Shown: positions 8,348-18,200 of the stretch, piece by piece
Position numbering within the stretch: the stretch's first letter is position 1
How the letters are laid out: every line of letters begins with the position of its first letter
Virus record (IMG/VR): IMGVR_UViG_3300033067_001375
Location: 3,519 to 67,518 of that record
Reading direction: 5' to 3' (one strand)
DNA length: 64,000 nucleotides
Source: a virus
Lineage: Duplodnaviria > Caudoviricetes
The notes under the pieces: generated by a model
The model's database searches: none
The model's input: the letters and a program-made list of their open reading frames with translations, nothing else
What the model was told of the DNA's origin: nothing
Position numbers and translations under genes: made by a program

Positions 8348-8585
8348 CCTTGAAAAAACGGCGCTATGGGGTTGGATTGAAGTGCCCGCCCTTGCCTTGT
8401 TGGCAATGTTTTCAGTTATCTTTTCCGTTTGGCATTTCGTGCGTTTTTTATATCCGGTGCTTAAAGAAACGTTTGAAGCGGCCTTGAGTAAGCGGCCGGG
8501 CGTTGAGCCTGAGCCCACGGTTGCAAGTAATCCGAAACCTTTTAGAGAGATTGATTTAGAGGATGATGATGGCAGCAAACCCTAG
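8328..8585 (+). CDS. Small membrane protein
   Basis: Central hydrophobic helix; overlaps both neighbours. Confidence 0.6.
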   Translation: MIAQLSDLEKTALWGWIEVPALALLAMFSVIFSVWHFVRFLYPVLKETFEAALSKRPGVEPEPTVASNPKPFREIDLEDDDGSKP

Positions 8586-9324
8586 CTATTACTCAGACGA
8601 GCGGCGCGTGGTTGAAGATCACTTAGACTATGACGCGATGACTGACAGTGAGCTTGACGCTGAGCACGCGAACGCGTTGTATGTTCTTGGTCTGCGTGAC
8701 CCCGACAAAACTCAGCGTGAGTGGGCGGTTGTTCACGTCAACAATATTGACAACCAGCGCAACAAGCGACGGCCAGCGCCAAGCCCGTGGTATCGTTTCA
8801 TTTTGTGGCTCATTGGTTTCACGCGGCCTTTCAAAGATTTGCAGAGCTACGCGGACAAGCTTGAGGCTGATCACGAAAAGGTTTTGATGGGCGAGGTTAC
8901 GTTCAAGAGTATGGCCTTTGAACGAGGACACGGTTTCACGGCCGTTGTTGGTTGTCGGCTTGCTGCTGATTTGGGTACGGTATGGCTTGACTGGCTCAAT
9001 GAGGTTGGCGCCGAAAACTACATTGAGCAAAAGCTGACTTGTCCAGATGGCTCATTTTTGGTAGTGACGATCAAGCGTGAGCGCGGCAAGAGCCCGCACG
9101 ATTTACGCAACCGTGCCGAGATCAACTTGCTTTGCACTCTCAATATGCTTGTTGATTATGTCAACGCTTGTGGTACGCCTTTGAGTAGCAGTCAACAAGC
9201 TATGTTTGACCGCGTGAAATCAGAGCTCAGGCCTGACTACGTGGATTGCGTTTCACCGTTCAAGTTTACCGACAAACAACCGCCGGCAATCGGCCTTGAG
9301 TCAAAAGGTGAGGGTGAGTTATGA
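8563..9324 (+). CDS. Hypothetical protein
   Basis: 253-aa ORF with a GAGGA SD. Confidence 0.75.
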   Translation: MMMAANPSYYSDERRVVEDHLDYDAMTDSELDAEHANALYVLGLRDPDKTQREWAVVHVNNIDNQRNKRRPAPSPWYRFILWLIGFTRPFKDLQSYADKLEADHEKVLMGEVTFKSMAFERGHGFTAVVGCRLAADLGTVWLDWLNEVGAENYIEQKLTCPDGSFLVVTIKRERGKSPHDLRNRAEINLLCTLNMLVDYVNACGTPLSSSQQAMFDRVKSELRPDYVDCVSPFKFTDKQPPAIGLESKGEGEL

Positions 9325-9587
9325 GCGGGCTTTACATCGCGATTGCGTTTGTGTTCATCAACTTGGTTTGGTCATTCGCCTATTGGCTTGGCTACTACGT
9401 TGGGCACAAGCACGGGCTCAGGGACGGTGTAGAGCAAGCTGAGCCGTTGCGATGGTATGCCGAATTTGTGGTCAAGGGCTTCGATCACATTGATGGTTGC
9501 GACAGTGGCCGTTGCTGCTACTACTGCGAAGCGGAATGGGCGTTAGAACGTTTCAACTATGGACCGTATCAAAATGGGCAAAAGTAA
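9321..9587 (+). CDS. Small membrane protein with Cys motif
   Basis: ATGA coupling; N-terminal TM segment; CDSGRCCYYC. Confidence 0.65.
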   Translation: MSGLYIAIAFVFINLVWSFAYWLGYYVGHKHGLRDGVEQAEPLRWYAEFVVKGFDHIDGCDSGRCCYYCEAEWALERFNYGPYQNGQK

Positions 9588-9852
9588 TTGTTTGGTGTTG
9601 GAGACGGTTGAGTTTCGTTTTAAGACGAAAACTAGCCAAGGGTTTTTGGCTGACTGGGTTTTGATATTCGCCAAGGACAAAGTAAGCGTTGGCGGAAACG
9701 GCAACGTTTACAACTATCGCATTCTCGACAAGAGCCTCAAGCCTTGTGAGACTCACGCGCGGCGGATAGTAGACTTTGCGGCCGGTGCTTCGGATATGCC
9801 GTTGCAGAATGTGCGCGGCGATGACAAGCCGTGCCTTGAGGTATTGGAATGA
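9574..9852 (+). CDS. Hypothetical protein
   Basis: Overlapping operon arrangement. Confidence 0.6.
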   Translation: MGKSNCLVLETVEFRFKTKTSQGFLADWVLIFAKDKVSVGGNGNVYNYRILDKSLKPCETHARRIVDFAAGASDMPLQNVRGDDKPCLEVLE

Positions 9853-10091
9853 GCGACAAAGTTGTTGTGTACCCAAGCGATTGGGAATTGTGCATAGCGT
9901 CACGCGAAGGGCTCAAGCCTTGCCCGTTTTGCGGAAGCGGCGTTAGTGCGTGCACTGAGCAAAACGTTGTCACGAAAAATTTCATCGCTTCGATATTCTG
10001 CGTTAGGTGCATGGCCCGTGTTAGTTACACAGCGGTCAAGAAATCAGAGGCTCAATCAAAGGTGGAGGCCAGTTGGCAATGCCGCGTGTAA
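9849..10091 (+). CDS. Lar-like (restriction alleviation) zinc-ribbon protein
   Basis: LKPCPFCG...IFCVRC motif. Confidence 0.65.
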   Translation: MSDKVVVYPSDWELCIASREGLKPCPFCGSGVSACTEQNVVTKNFIASIFCVRCMARVSYTAVKKSEAQSKVEASWQCRV

Positions 10092-10318
10092 CGATAGACG
10101 GAGTTGAGTACGTGCCACGGGCCGAAGTGCCAGAGCTCAACGATGAGCGATTGCAGGCGGCATTAGAGAGCCTGACAGAGATACAATATTTCAGCGATCA
10201 AAGGCACAAGCACAGAGCTTGGGCATGGGACGCCCTCAACGCGCTAGCGCCTGAGCTTGCAGAGTTGGCGGGTAGTAATCCTCAGGCGGCGTTTGACCGC
10301 GTGCGTGGCGACAAATGA
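10073..10318 (+). CDS. Hypothetical protein
   Basis: VTIDGVEYVP N-terminal motif common in phage small proteins; GGAGG SD. Confidence 0.65.
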   Translation: MAMPRVTIDGVEYVPRAEVPELNDERLQAALESLTEIQYFSDQRHKHRAWAWDALNALAPELAELAGSNPQAAFDRVRGDK

Positions 10319-10351
10319 TTCGGGCATGGTGGCGTTGCAAGTGGCTTTCTG

Positions 10352-10534
10352 ATGGGACATACGATGAGCACTACAAATAAGATTGACTTTTGCACGGCGG
10401 CGGCGGCCTTGCTATCGGTGTTTTTCTGCCTATTCAATTCCGGCGCAACCTGCGAGCTTGGTTGGTTTGTTGCGGCTATCGCGTGGTGCTTAGCGTCTTT
10501 TTGTTCTTTCAGATTGGCTTATCGCAATGAATAA
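10352..10534 (+). CDS. Small two-TM membrane protein
   Basis: Two hydrophobic segments. Confidence 0.5.
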   Translation: MGHTMSTTNKIDFCTAAAALLSVFFCLFNSGATCELGWFVAAIAWCLASFCSFRLAYRNE

Positions 10535-10757
10535 GCAAGCGGATGCGTTGCCGTTGCCGCCGGGTATTTGCTGGGTGTGCCGCGAAAAGGCCTCTCACGT
10601 CAGTTTTGGCGCGTTGTGCGAGGATTGTTGGGCAGACAGTATGGCCCGCTGCTTTCCGGCGCCTATGCGGCTCCCACGGCTTACAGAGCGGAAGCAAGAC
10701 ACCTGGGCTGAGGCGCGCCGGCGTGAAAGCGAATTGGCCGAACAAAAAGAATTCTGA
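10527..10757 (+). CDS. Small zinc-finger protein
   Basis: CWVC...LCEDC. Confidence 0.55.
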   Translation: MNKQADALPLPPGICWVCREKASHVSFGALCEDCWADSMARCFPAPMRLPRLTERKQDTWAEARRRESELAEQKEF

Positions 10758-10773
10758 AAACTTTCTGAATTGA

Positions 10774-10809
10774 GCGCCCAAGCGCCCGCCCGGTTGAGCC
10801 TTGTACTAT
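10774..10809 (+). promoter_or_regulatory. Class A promoter-like motif
   Basis: GCGCCCA-N17-GCCTTGTACTAT followed by a GGGCCAA/TTGGCCC hairpin. Confidence 0.7.
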
Positions 10810-10863
10810 GTGGGCCAAGTGATTTGGCCCGGTAGTAACTCTCAAAGATTGGGAAACAAGCAA

Positions 10864-11319
10864 ATGAACTATGTGGAAGCCGCAACCGCAATTGAGCCAG
10901 CCCCGTTTGAGCCAGCCGTTGAGACAGGAAAGCCTTTTGATATCGCAACGCACAACGGCTATATCACGATCACTTCGAAGGAAAGCGGCGTTCATCGAAC
11001 GTTTCGCATTCACACTCAGAAAGTTGACGCGAAGTTTGCCCCCGGCGAGCGGCTGGTTGGCCTCTTGATCGGTTCGGACAATGAGCACGATTACAAGGAT
11101 TTCGCGTTCATCGGCAACAACGGCCGCGTTATTTTGTGGAAAAAGCACCGAGGCGACAAGTTTTATGAGTGGGCGGCCAAGGCTCTTGAGAATCCCCAAG
11201 ATTGGTTGGCCAAGTGTGATATCAGCTTTGACGGCCGTTGCCGCAAGTGCAATCGGTTGCTCACGGATCCAACCAGCGTAGAGCTTGGAATTGGCCCGAA
11301 ATGCCGTGGTGATGAGTAG
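10864..11319 (+). CDS. DUF6011-like protein
   Basis: LLIGSDNEHDY...GRCRKCNRLLTDPTSVELGIGPKC. Confidence 0.75.
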   Translation: MNYVEAATAIEPAPFEPAVETGKPFDIATHNGYITITSKESGVHRTFRIHTQKVDAKFAPGERLVGLLIGSDNEHDYKDFAFIGNNGRVILWKKHRGDKFYEWAAKALENPQDWLAKCDISFDGRCRKCNRLLTDPTSVELGIGPKCRGDE

Positions 11320-11327
11320 TCGGTTTT

Positions 11328-11341
11328 TGTAAACGTTCGCC
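11328..11341. promoter_or_regulatory. Degenerate palindrome copy
   Basis: TGTAAACGTT then divergent; intergenic after ORF 10864 and followed by a GC hairpin. Confidence 0.45.
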
Positions 11342-11481
11342 CGGTCACGCGGCCGGGCTCATCGGGTGATATCGTGAATCAGCTACTTTATTTTATTATT
11401 GGTTTCGTTCTGCCGGTTGTGGTGTATTGCGCCTAGCTTTGTCCGATCAGTTGATCCGTGAGCGAATCGAAAGGGTAAACG

Positions 11482-11826
11482 ATGACTAACACACGAAGCG
11501 AATTCTTGCAGTTCGGCCAATGCGGTCCGCTAGATGACCCTGACCGGCCGGAAATCGGTAGTTTGATCAATTATGAGCCTGACCCCGACAACAAAAACTC
11601 ACGCCCCGGCGTTTATGTCGTGAGGCACGTTGAGGCCGTAATGCAAAGCTCAGTGATGCGCGAGGCGTTGTCTAAGGTGCCTAAGGGGGAAACGCTAATG
11701 AGCCCGGCGTTGTTCGCTACTGAGGAATGTATGGCGCGTGTTCATTTTCATCGGCCGTTTGTGTTGTGGTTGATTTGGTGTGATCGTGTTGGCGATTTGC
11801 CGGCGTTGCCGGCAAGCAGTTTGTAA
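11482..11826 (+). CDS. Hypothetical protein
   Basis: ORF with an AGGG SD. Confidence 0.6.
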   Translation: MTNTRSEFLQFGQCGPLDDPDRPEIGSLINYEPDPDNKNSRPGVYVVRHVEAVMQSSVMREALSKVPKGETLMSPALFATEECMARVHFHRPFVLWLIWCDRVGDLPALPASSL

Positions 11827-11837
11827 GGATTGATGGC

Positions 11838-12419
11838 GTGTGGATTTGTTTGAATAACGCTTTCGTGAGCGCGGTTGAGCACAATGATGACCCGTTGTTG
11901 CTGGTTGTACGCGCCCGCGTAGATGGTCACCTTGAGACGTTCTTTGCCGGTGTTGTTCCCGTGGCTGAGCTCAAGGTTGAAATACACCCTGAGCGTGACT
12001 ACTTGTACCGGACAATCGTGCGGCGGCACGTATTCGCGGCGGCGTTGGCTCACCATGTTGTCAGTGGGATTACCTATGGCAACTTCAAAAACAGTGTCAA
12101 AGATGACGCGTTGCACGATGCTTACTCTCACGTATGGCTAACGATGTTGCAGTTGCAGAGGCATGAGCAAGAGTTTGCCTCTGGCGTTGATTGCCAGTAT
12201 GTTCCTCCGCGTGCCCAAGAGCTATGGCCAAGGCTACCGGTTGATGATCGGTGGCACGGTTTGCCGGATCCGGTTATCGAGCCCCGCGATGATGCGCCGC
12301 GTGGTGGAAAGTCAGCCAAGATAAGGCCTTTACCCGATGCTGACTTTGCAGCGTTCGGGGACGATGCACTAAAGAAAAAACCAGCGAAGAAACCAGCTAA
12401 GAAAGGCAAGCGCAAATGA
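11838..12419 (+). CDS. Conserved hypothetical protein
   Basis: MWI...F.SAV...L.VRAR...DY.YR...I.Y.NFK pattern recalled from phage hypothetical proteins; basic C-terminal tail. Confidence 0.75.
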   Translation: MWICLNNAFVSAVEHNDDPLLLVVRARVDGHLETFFAGVVPVAELKVEIHPERDYLYRTIVRRHVFAAALAHHVVSGITYGNFKNSVKDDALHDAYSHVWLTMLQLQRHEQEFASGVDCQYVPPRAQELWPRLPVDDRWHGLPDPVIEPRDDAPRGGKSAKIRPLPDADFAAFGDDALKKKPAKKPAKKGKRK

Positions 12420-12562
12420 TTGCAGATGAGGATACACCAGCGTCAACGTGCGCAGAGTCGTGTTGCTGTTTGTCCGGTTGTCTGCTGATCGTGGCAACGT
12501 TCGCGTTGATCGTGATAGGCTTTTCAACCGTGGCGGTTCTCACGGTAAAGTTTATTTGGTGA

Positions 12563-12598
12563 GCGCCTAACTTTCGGCCGCGTTGGGCCTTGTATTGT
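12563..12598 (+). promoter_or_regulatory. Class A promoter-like motif
   Basis: GCGCCTA-N17-GCCTTGTATTGT. Confidence 0.7.
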
Positions 12599-12635
12599 GG
12601 GTCAACTGATTGGCGTTCAAGGCAAAGGGTTCAAT

Positions 12636-12965
12636 ATGAAAACGCGTGAATATTGTGCGGCGCTTTACTCTCAAAGCGGGCTGGTTGTTGGCGTTCGGTT
12701 TACCGGTGTTTGGGTTGAATCAACCAGCTTGTACAAGTGGGGTGAGGGTCAGTGGGACGCAGACGTTTCGACGGCAACGGTTGCGGCCGTGATCATGCAA
12801 AGCGGCCACTTGGTCAAGCGTGCTGACGCAACGCCTAGCCAAGAGAGTTGGCTTGCCGCGTTTGAGCGCACGTTGCGTGCAAGTGACGCGTGGCTAGCTG
12901 ACGCGATTGAGATTGACTTACAGTTGACCAAGGCTTTCAAGTTAGATGAGGCGTCCAACAAATGA
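12636..12965 (+). CDS. Hypothetical protein
   Basis: AGGG SD and ATG downstream of the class A motif. Confidence 0.65.
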   Translation: MKTREYCAALYSQSGLVVGVRFTGVWVESTSLYKWGEGQWDADVSTATVAAVIMQSGHLVKRADATPSQESWLAAFERTLRASDAWLADAIEIDLQLTKAFKLDEASNK

Positions 12966-13105
12966 CCCCGTTGTTAATAGCTACGATTATTCCGCTGACT
13001 GACGCACAACTTGCCGCGATGGTTGCGGTTGTTGTCGATAAGTCTGGTATGACAGAACAGCAAGCGCGTGAATTTATTGAAGATTCGCGGGCCGGCGAAT
13101 GCTGA
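12962..13105 (+). CDS. Small hypothetical protein (47 aa)
   Basis: Read manually; ATGA coupling to the upstream gene. Confidence 0.5.
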   Translation: MTPLLIATIIPLTDAQLAAMVAVVVDKSGMTEQQAREFIEDSRAGEC

Positions 13106-13174
13106 AATCGGGCTCAAGTGTGACGATTCAAACTCACAAGCGGCTATTGGTAGCGTGCAAAGGGGATTTGACAA

Positions 13175-13939
13175 ATGACGCGTGATCAAACGAAATTGTT
13201 TTACTTGCTGGCCAACAAGCCCGAAAGCTTGACGCTTGAGCGTGCCGGTTCGTTCATGCCTAAGCGACAAGAGACTCAAGCCTATCGTGACCGCGTTGCG
13301 GCCAAAGAGGCGGCCGGCGAAGAAACTACGATTCTCGATATGTTTGGTTGCATGGAAAACGTGTACCCTGATTCGCGGCCAACAATGTCGGAGGCTCATT
13401 GGTTGATCGAACTATCACGGCAAGTTGAGCGTGAGACGCTAGCCGACTTGGTTCTCAATTGGGCTGAGCACAGCGACGGCGATGACTTGATTGCAGCGGC
13501 AACACGCGTTGCTAACGGTAGCGTCGCGCCGGGTGTTGTTGTTCAGATTGAGCCAACGGCTGACATTAGCGTTGACGTTGGAAAGCATGTCGTTGTTTTG
13601 ACGCTCAAGCGTGGCAATGTAGTAGTGGCCTCAGTCAATCTTTCCCCGTCTAAAATTACTGACGATAAGCTTGTGTTTTTGCTTTTCAGAATGTGGGTAA
13701 GGCGGCCTTTCCGTGGTCAAGGCTTAGGGACGCAAATGTTGACTGAGGCGATAAAGTGGTTTAACGAAAACGCGGCGTTGTATGCCAGTCAGTTTGGTAC
13801 TTGGCAGGGGCTACAGTTGGTGACGGTTGCCAAGGTTTTTGACGATTGCCCGATGGATGACGACGGCCTCAACGCGTGGTATGTTCGGCATGGGTTCGTT
13901 AAAGATGCTGACTTACTAACGTATGAAAGCGCAAAGTGA
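13175..13939 (+). CDS. Protein with C-terminal GNAT acetyltransferase domain
   Basis: LFRMWVRRPFRGQGLGTQML (acetyl-CoA motif A) and LNAWYVRHGF (motif B). Confidence 0.8.
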   Translation: MTRDQTKLFYLLANKPESLTLERAGSFMPKRQETQAYRDRVAAKEAAGEETTILDMFGCMENVYPDSRPTMSEAHWLIELSRQVERETLADLVLNWAEHSDGDDLIAAATRVANGSVAPGVVVQIEPTADISVDVGKHVVVLTLKRGNVVVASVNLSPSKITDDKLVFLLFRMWVRRPFRGQGLGTQMLTEAIKWFNENAALYASQFGTWQGLQLVTVAKVFDDCPMDDDGLNAWYVRHGFVKDADLLTYESAK

Positions 13940-14229
13940 TGTGCACTGAGGCAATGGTTGGTGACGTGTGGTGTAATTCAACGGCCGGACTTGCGGCGGC
14001 TATAGGTTGTGAGCCGGCTGACTTGGTTGAGTGCACTTGGCCCGACCCGACAATGCAAACGGGAATCGTGGCCGATAGTTGCCTTTGTCCGGTTGACATT
14101 GAAAAGACGGCTGAGAAGTTTAGTTACGCGGCTGAGTACGATCAAGACGAAGTTTGTTGGAAGTTGACGAAACATGAACAGCGAAAAACTGAAAGCGGCT
14201 CAGGAACGGATTGCAGCGATCATCGTTGA
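13936..14229 (+). CDS. Hypothetical protein
   Basis: Coupled to the GNAT gene; Cys-rich. Confidence 0.55.
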   Translation: MMCTEAMVGDVWCNSTAGLAAAIGCEPADLVECTWPDPTMQTGIVADSCLCPVDIEKTAEKFSYAAEYDQDEVCWKLTKHEQRKTESGSGTDCSDHR

Positions 14230-14659
14230 TCACTTTGAATTCTGTAGCGATCAACAGAGCTCAGCCACTACGGCCGCCGCTGAGATACTTACAACGATGT
14301 TGGCCGGACAATTCGGCTCACTGAGCTCAAACACTGACGCGGGCCTTGAGCGGCTATCAGAGCGGCTTGGTTGTGATGCGAAGTTTGCCGCGTGCGTGGT
14401 TGCAGTTGATGAGCTCAAGGCTGAGAACGAACGGCAACGGCGAATGATCGGCAAGCTCAGGCAACGTGACGATTCGCAAAAGTACGTTGCCTTGCTAATT
14501 GATCAAAGAGTTTACGGCCCGTTCGGTTCGTGGGATGAGTCATACGAATACGGCCGAAAAATGCAAATGCCGTTTTCCGTCGAGGAGCTAAATAACGTGC
14601 ACCCCGACTTGGTCAAGGCAAGTGACGGCGATGCTGATCCGGTAAGCCGGAACGCGTAG
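14174..14659 (+). CDS. Hypothetical protein
   Basis: 161-aa ORF at the end of the operon. Confidence 0.65.
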   Translation: MNSEKLKAAQERIAAIIVDHFEFCSDQQSSATTAAAEILTTMLAGQFGSLSSNTDAGLERLSERLGCDAKFAACVVAVDELKAENERQRRMIGKLRQRDDSQKYVALLIDQRVYGPFGSWDESYEYGRKMQMPFSVEELNNVHPDLVKASDGDADPVSRNA

Positions 14660-15211
14660 GGGTATCTCAAGCAGTTCGCAAACCCGGTTGACGGCCGGCG
14701 CCGGGTAGTAGCTCACGCGTTTCAAGTTTGGCGTGAGTGGGCTTTGCACTCTCTTTGGTGCAAGCGTGGCTAAGAGTTTATCAACGTCTGAGCCGTGCGT
14801 TGCGTACAGTTGCAGACTATCGCGGCGGAAGTACAAGCCGGGTTTCGGTAGCATGGCAAGAGCGCACTTTCTAACCCACGGCATTCGCGTGAGCGTTCGT
14901 CCGTTTTCCTTCACTGTTTTGAGATAGCCGTTTTTGATGAGCCGCCAAAGTCTATCATGAGACGGCTGATCCGGTAGAATCAGAGCGGCCGCGTAAACCG
15001 TCAAGAGTTGCGGGTTGTCTATCTTGGGCTGAGCCGGCGCTTTGAGCCTGAGACGAAACACAAGCGCGGGTTTGTACGCCACGCGGCCGTTTAGGTGCAA
15101 GCTGACAGTGTTGCGATGCACGCCCAAGCGATTGGCGATCACGCGATTATCGACCCCGTTTTGAGCCCAATAGTGCAAGCGTTCAATGTCAGTCTCAGTT
15201 AGTTTTTGCAT
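14588..15211 (-). CDS. HTH DNA-binding protein, candidate late regulator
   Basis: N-terminal HTH VDNRVIANRLGVHRNTVSLHL; divergent from the portal gene. Confidence 0.7.
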   Translation of the reverse strand: MQKLTETDIERLHYWAQNGVDNRVIANRLGVHRNTVSLHLNGRVAYKPALVFRLRLKAPAQPKIDNPQLLTVYAAALILPDQPSHDRLWRLIKNGYLKTVKENGRTLTRMPWVRKCALAMLPKPGLYFRRDSLQLYATHGSDVDKLLATLAPKRVQSPLTPNLKRVSYYPAPAVNRVCELLEIPLRVPAYRISIAVTCLDQVGVHVI

Positions 15212-15233
15212 GTATGCACGCGGCGGTTAGAAT
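15205..15233 (+). promoter_or_regulatory. Class B (late-type) promoter-like motif
   Basis: TTTGCA-TGTATGCA...(17 nt)-TAGAAT upstream of the portal gene. Confidence 0.6.
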
Positions 15234-15257
15234 TGTTGCCGAAGGATAAACCACAAA

Positions 15258-18200
15258 ATGAGCGTTGAAATTCGATTGCGTGAGTTGTTCGGGGACGTCG
15301 TATCGCCTGATTATACATTTGACGGTACCGGCGTCAGTTGGGGTTGGGACCGCACTGGGCGCGGCGTGTATACCAAGCTCTATGATCGAGCCAACGGCCG
15401 CTATTTGCCAGTGTTCGAAAATGAGCTTGACCTACGCGCCCTCAGGCAATCGGCTTGGCTCATGGCTGAGCGTGTGCCGATGGCCAAGTCTATCATTCAC
15501 GGCTTACAAAACTACACGATTGCCAGCGGGTTTGATTACAAGATAACGCACAGCAATCCTACCGTTGCTCAGATTTGCACCAAAGTATTCAAAAACTGGG
15601 AATCGAATTCCAAGTGGACAAGTCACCAAGAGCGTGATAGTTTCGCGGCCGAAATCGTCGACGGTGAGTTCATTGCTGAGCTATGTTGTGACGGCCCCGA
15701 TGTTTGCCTTGAGCCGCTTGAGGGTGACAATCTCACTGAGCCGCTTAACACAAATGACCTTGATGACTACTTTGAAATCAACGGGCCAACTGATTGGACG
15801 TTTGGCGTTTGCACGCGTGAAAACAAGTTTCGGCCGTTGCGTTATCACGTTGTGCGCAATGACACGGCTACAGACTGGGACGCCCTCAAGCCTTGCGAAA
15901 TAGTTCACTGGACCCGCAACGTTCCGGTCAAGGCCAAGCGCGGGTTTGGTGACTTCTACATTTGTCACCGATACTTGGGTCACGCTGACAAGCTTGCGAT
16001 CAATACGGCGATTGGTACGCAAACGCAAGCGGCCATTGCCTACATAGTTGAGCACGCGGAAGGCGCCCGAAAAGATTCGGTTATGAACATGCTAAACGGG
16101 CTCAGAAACGTTGTGCCCAACGCCTATGATCCGGTCACGGGCGACCCCAACATTCGCACAAAAAAGATTGTGCCCGGCCAGCGAATCGACATACCCTTCG
16201 GTGCCAAGTATCACGCCGGTTTGTTGGGCTCAAACGCAAGCAACATTTACATTGAAGTGATGGAGGCAATGTTGCGCATGGTTGGCACTGTGCGTCATTT
16301 CCCTGAGCACATGCTGACCGGATACGCGGGCAACAACAACATGGCTAGCAGCTTGGTTGCTGAGAGCCCGTTTGTTCAAGGTCGTGTTGCAGAGCAAGCG
16401 GTACGGTCATCACGGCTCAAAGAGCTCATCGTCAAGGTTCTGAAAAAGTTTTTCAATTCACCGTGGGCCAAGCAGCGCGGCTATTGTTGGGACGATGTTG
16501 AGGCCGGTCTTGAGATTACCATTAGCGCGCCTGAAATTGTGAGCCGCGACATTGGTGCGCTTACACTTGCACTCAAGAGCCAAATGGAATTGGGCCTATT
16601 GAGCAAGCGCACGGCCTCACAAAAGTTGTCTCTTGAGTTTGACGCTGAGCAAGCCAACATTAAGAGCGAATCGGCTGAGAGCGGCGGCGGTGAAGTTGGC
16701 GCCGATGGTCAACCGGTGGCGCCTGCCGGATCCGGTGTGTTGGCAAATAGCAACCGGGTACAGTTCAAGCGTGCACGCAAGAACGTTGCCGAAATCGTCA
16801 ATGACTTCACCAGCGGCGCGACGACACGCGTGCAAGCCGAAGTGCTCTTGAGCGCTCAAGGTTTCGGCCCGGCAGAAGTTGAAAAGCTACTCAATGAGCA
16901 AACGCCAAACGTGCAAGAAAGTCTTGTAAACCGATTGACAAAGCGGTTGATCCTCAAGCGTTCCAAGTCACTGCGCGAATCGGTACCGCGTAAACGTTTC
17001 AATGTTGCCCGGCTCTTTGAGTGGGATGAGTACGATCATCCGCGCGGCAGCGATGGTAAGTTTATAGGCAAGATGAGCGGTGTTGATTTGAGCGGTTGGA
17101 ATCCCAAACACGCGACGGCCAAGTGGGCGATCAACAAGATCGGAAAGCTTGAGCAGTTCGCTAAGGCTGGCCAATGGGATATGTTCGAAAGTGCACTGAG
17201 CAAGCCCGGCGGATCAACGCTCAACACGTATCAAAAAACTGTTCTCAAAGCACAAGCCAACTTGGCCAAGCTCAAGGTTGACACGGTGAGCGCGCCGCCT
17301 GAGGGTACAACGCCCAAGCTTGAGGCGCCTGAGCTCATCGACGGTAGCGGCTGGAAAAAGGTAGGCTCACAACTTGGCTCAGTTCAAGGCGGCACATACG
17401 TTGCGCCTGACGGTACAAAATACTACGTCAAGCACGGAGATGATCCGTTGCAAGCACGCAACGAAGTATTGGCCTCGAAGTTGTACCAAGCGTGCGGCGG
17501 TAACGCGTTGGATGTTGACTTGGTTGAAATCAACGGCAAGGTGGGCGTGTGTTCGAAGTGGGACGATTCGGCACAAGTGATTGATTGGGCAAGCTCACCT
17601 GACCTCAAGATTGAAGCGGCCAAAGATTATGCCTTGCACGCGTGGCTAAACAACTGGGATTGCGTTGGCCATATCAGCGATCAGACCAACATTAAAGCGA
17701 TCAACGGTAAGCCGGTGTTGATGGATGCCGGCGGTAGCCTCGAATCAAAAGCCACGGGCGGTATCAAACCGTTTGGTACGGTGCCTAGCACTTACAACGA
17801 TTTGCTCAAGCCCGGTATCAATCAGTCGACGGCTAGTGTGTTCGGCGGAATGACGCCGGCACAACACGTTGAAGCGATAAGCAAGCTTGAGAATATCAGC
17901 GATCAAGACATTGCCGACATGGTTACCAAGTTCGGCAACAAGGATACAGCAACCGCGACGATCAAGACGTTGATTGCACGGCGTGACGCTATCCTCGGCA
18001 TGAAAGAAAGCTTGCAAGCGGCCGCCGCAATGTCAACTGACGCCGTGCCAGCGGCTAACACGCCTGAGGCAAAAGTCAGAGGGCCAGCCGATGGCCAATT
18101 GCACAAAATGTTCGGCCTCACGCCGGCACACTATGACAGCGAGCTTGAGACGTTCACGCCTGACGGTTGGGGCATTATAGCCAAGGCCAAGGGATATAAA

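Noticed and set aside
9703-9712. Partial palindrome AACGTTTACA
   Set aside because: 10-nt match inside a CDS without the T-rich flank; compatible with chance.
16990-17002. Partial palindrome GTAAACGTTTCAA in the portal linker
   Set aside because: 11/14 match inside coding sequence, no nearby start; not counted.
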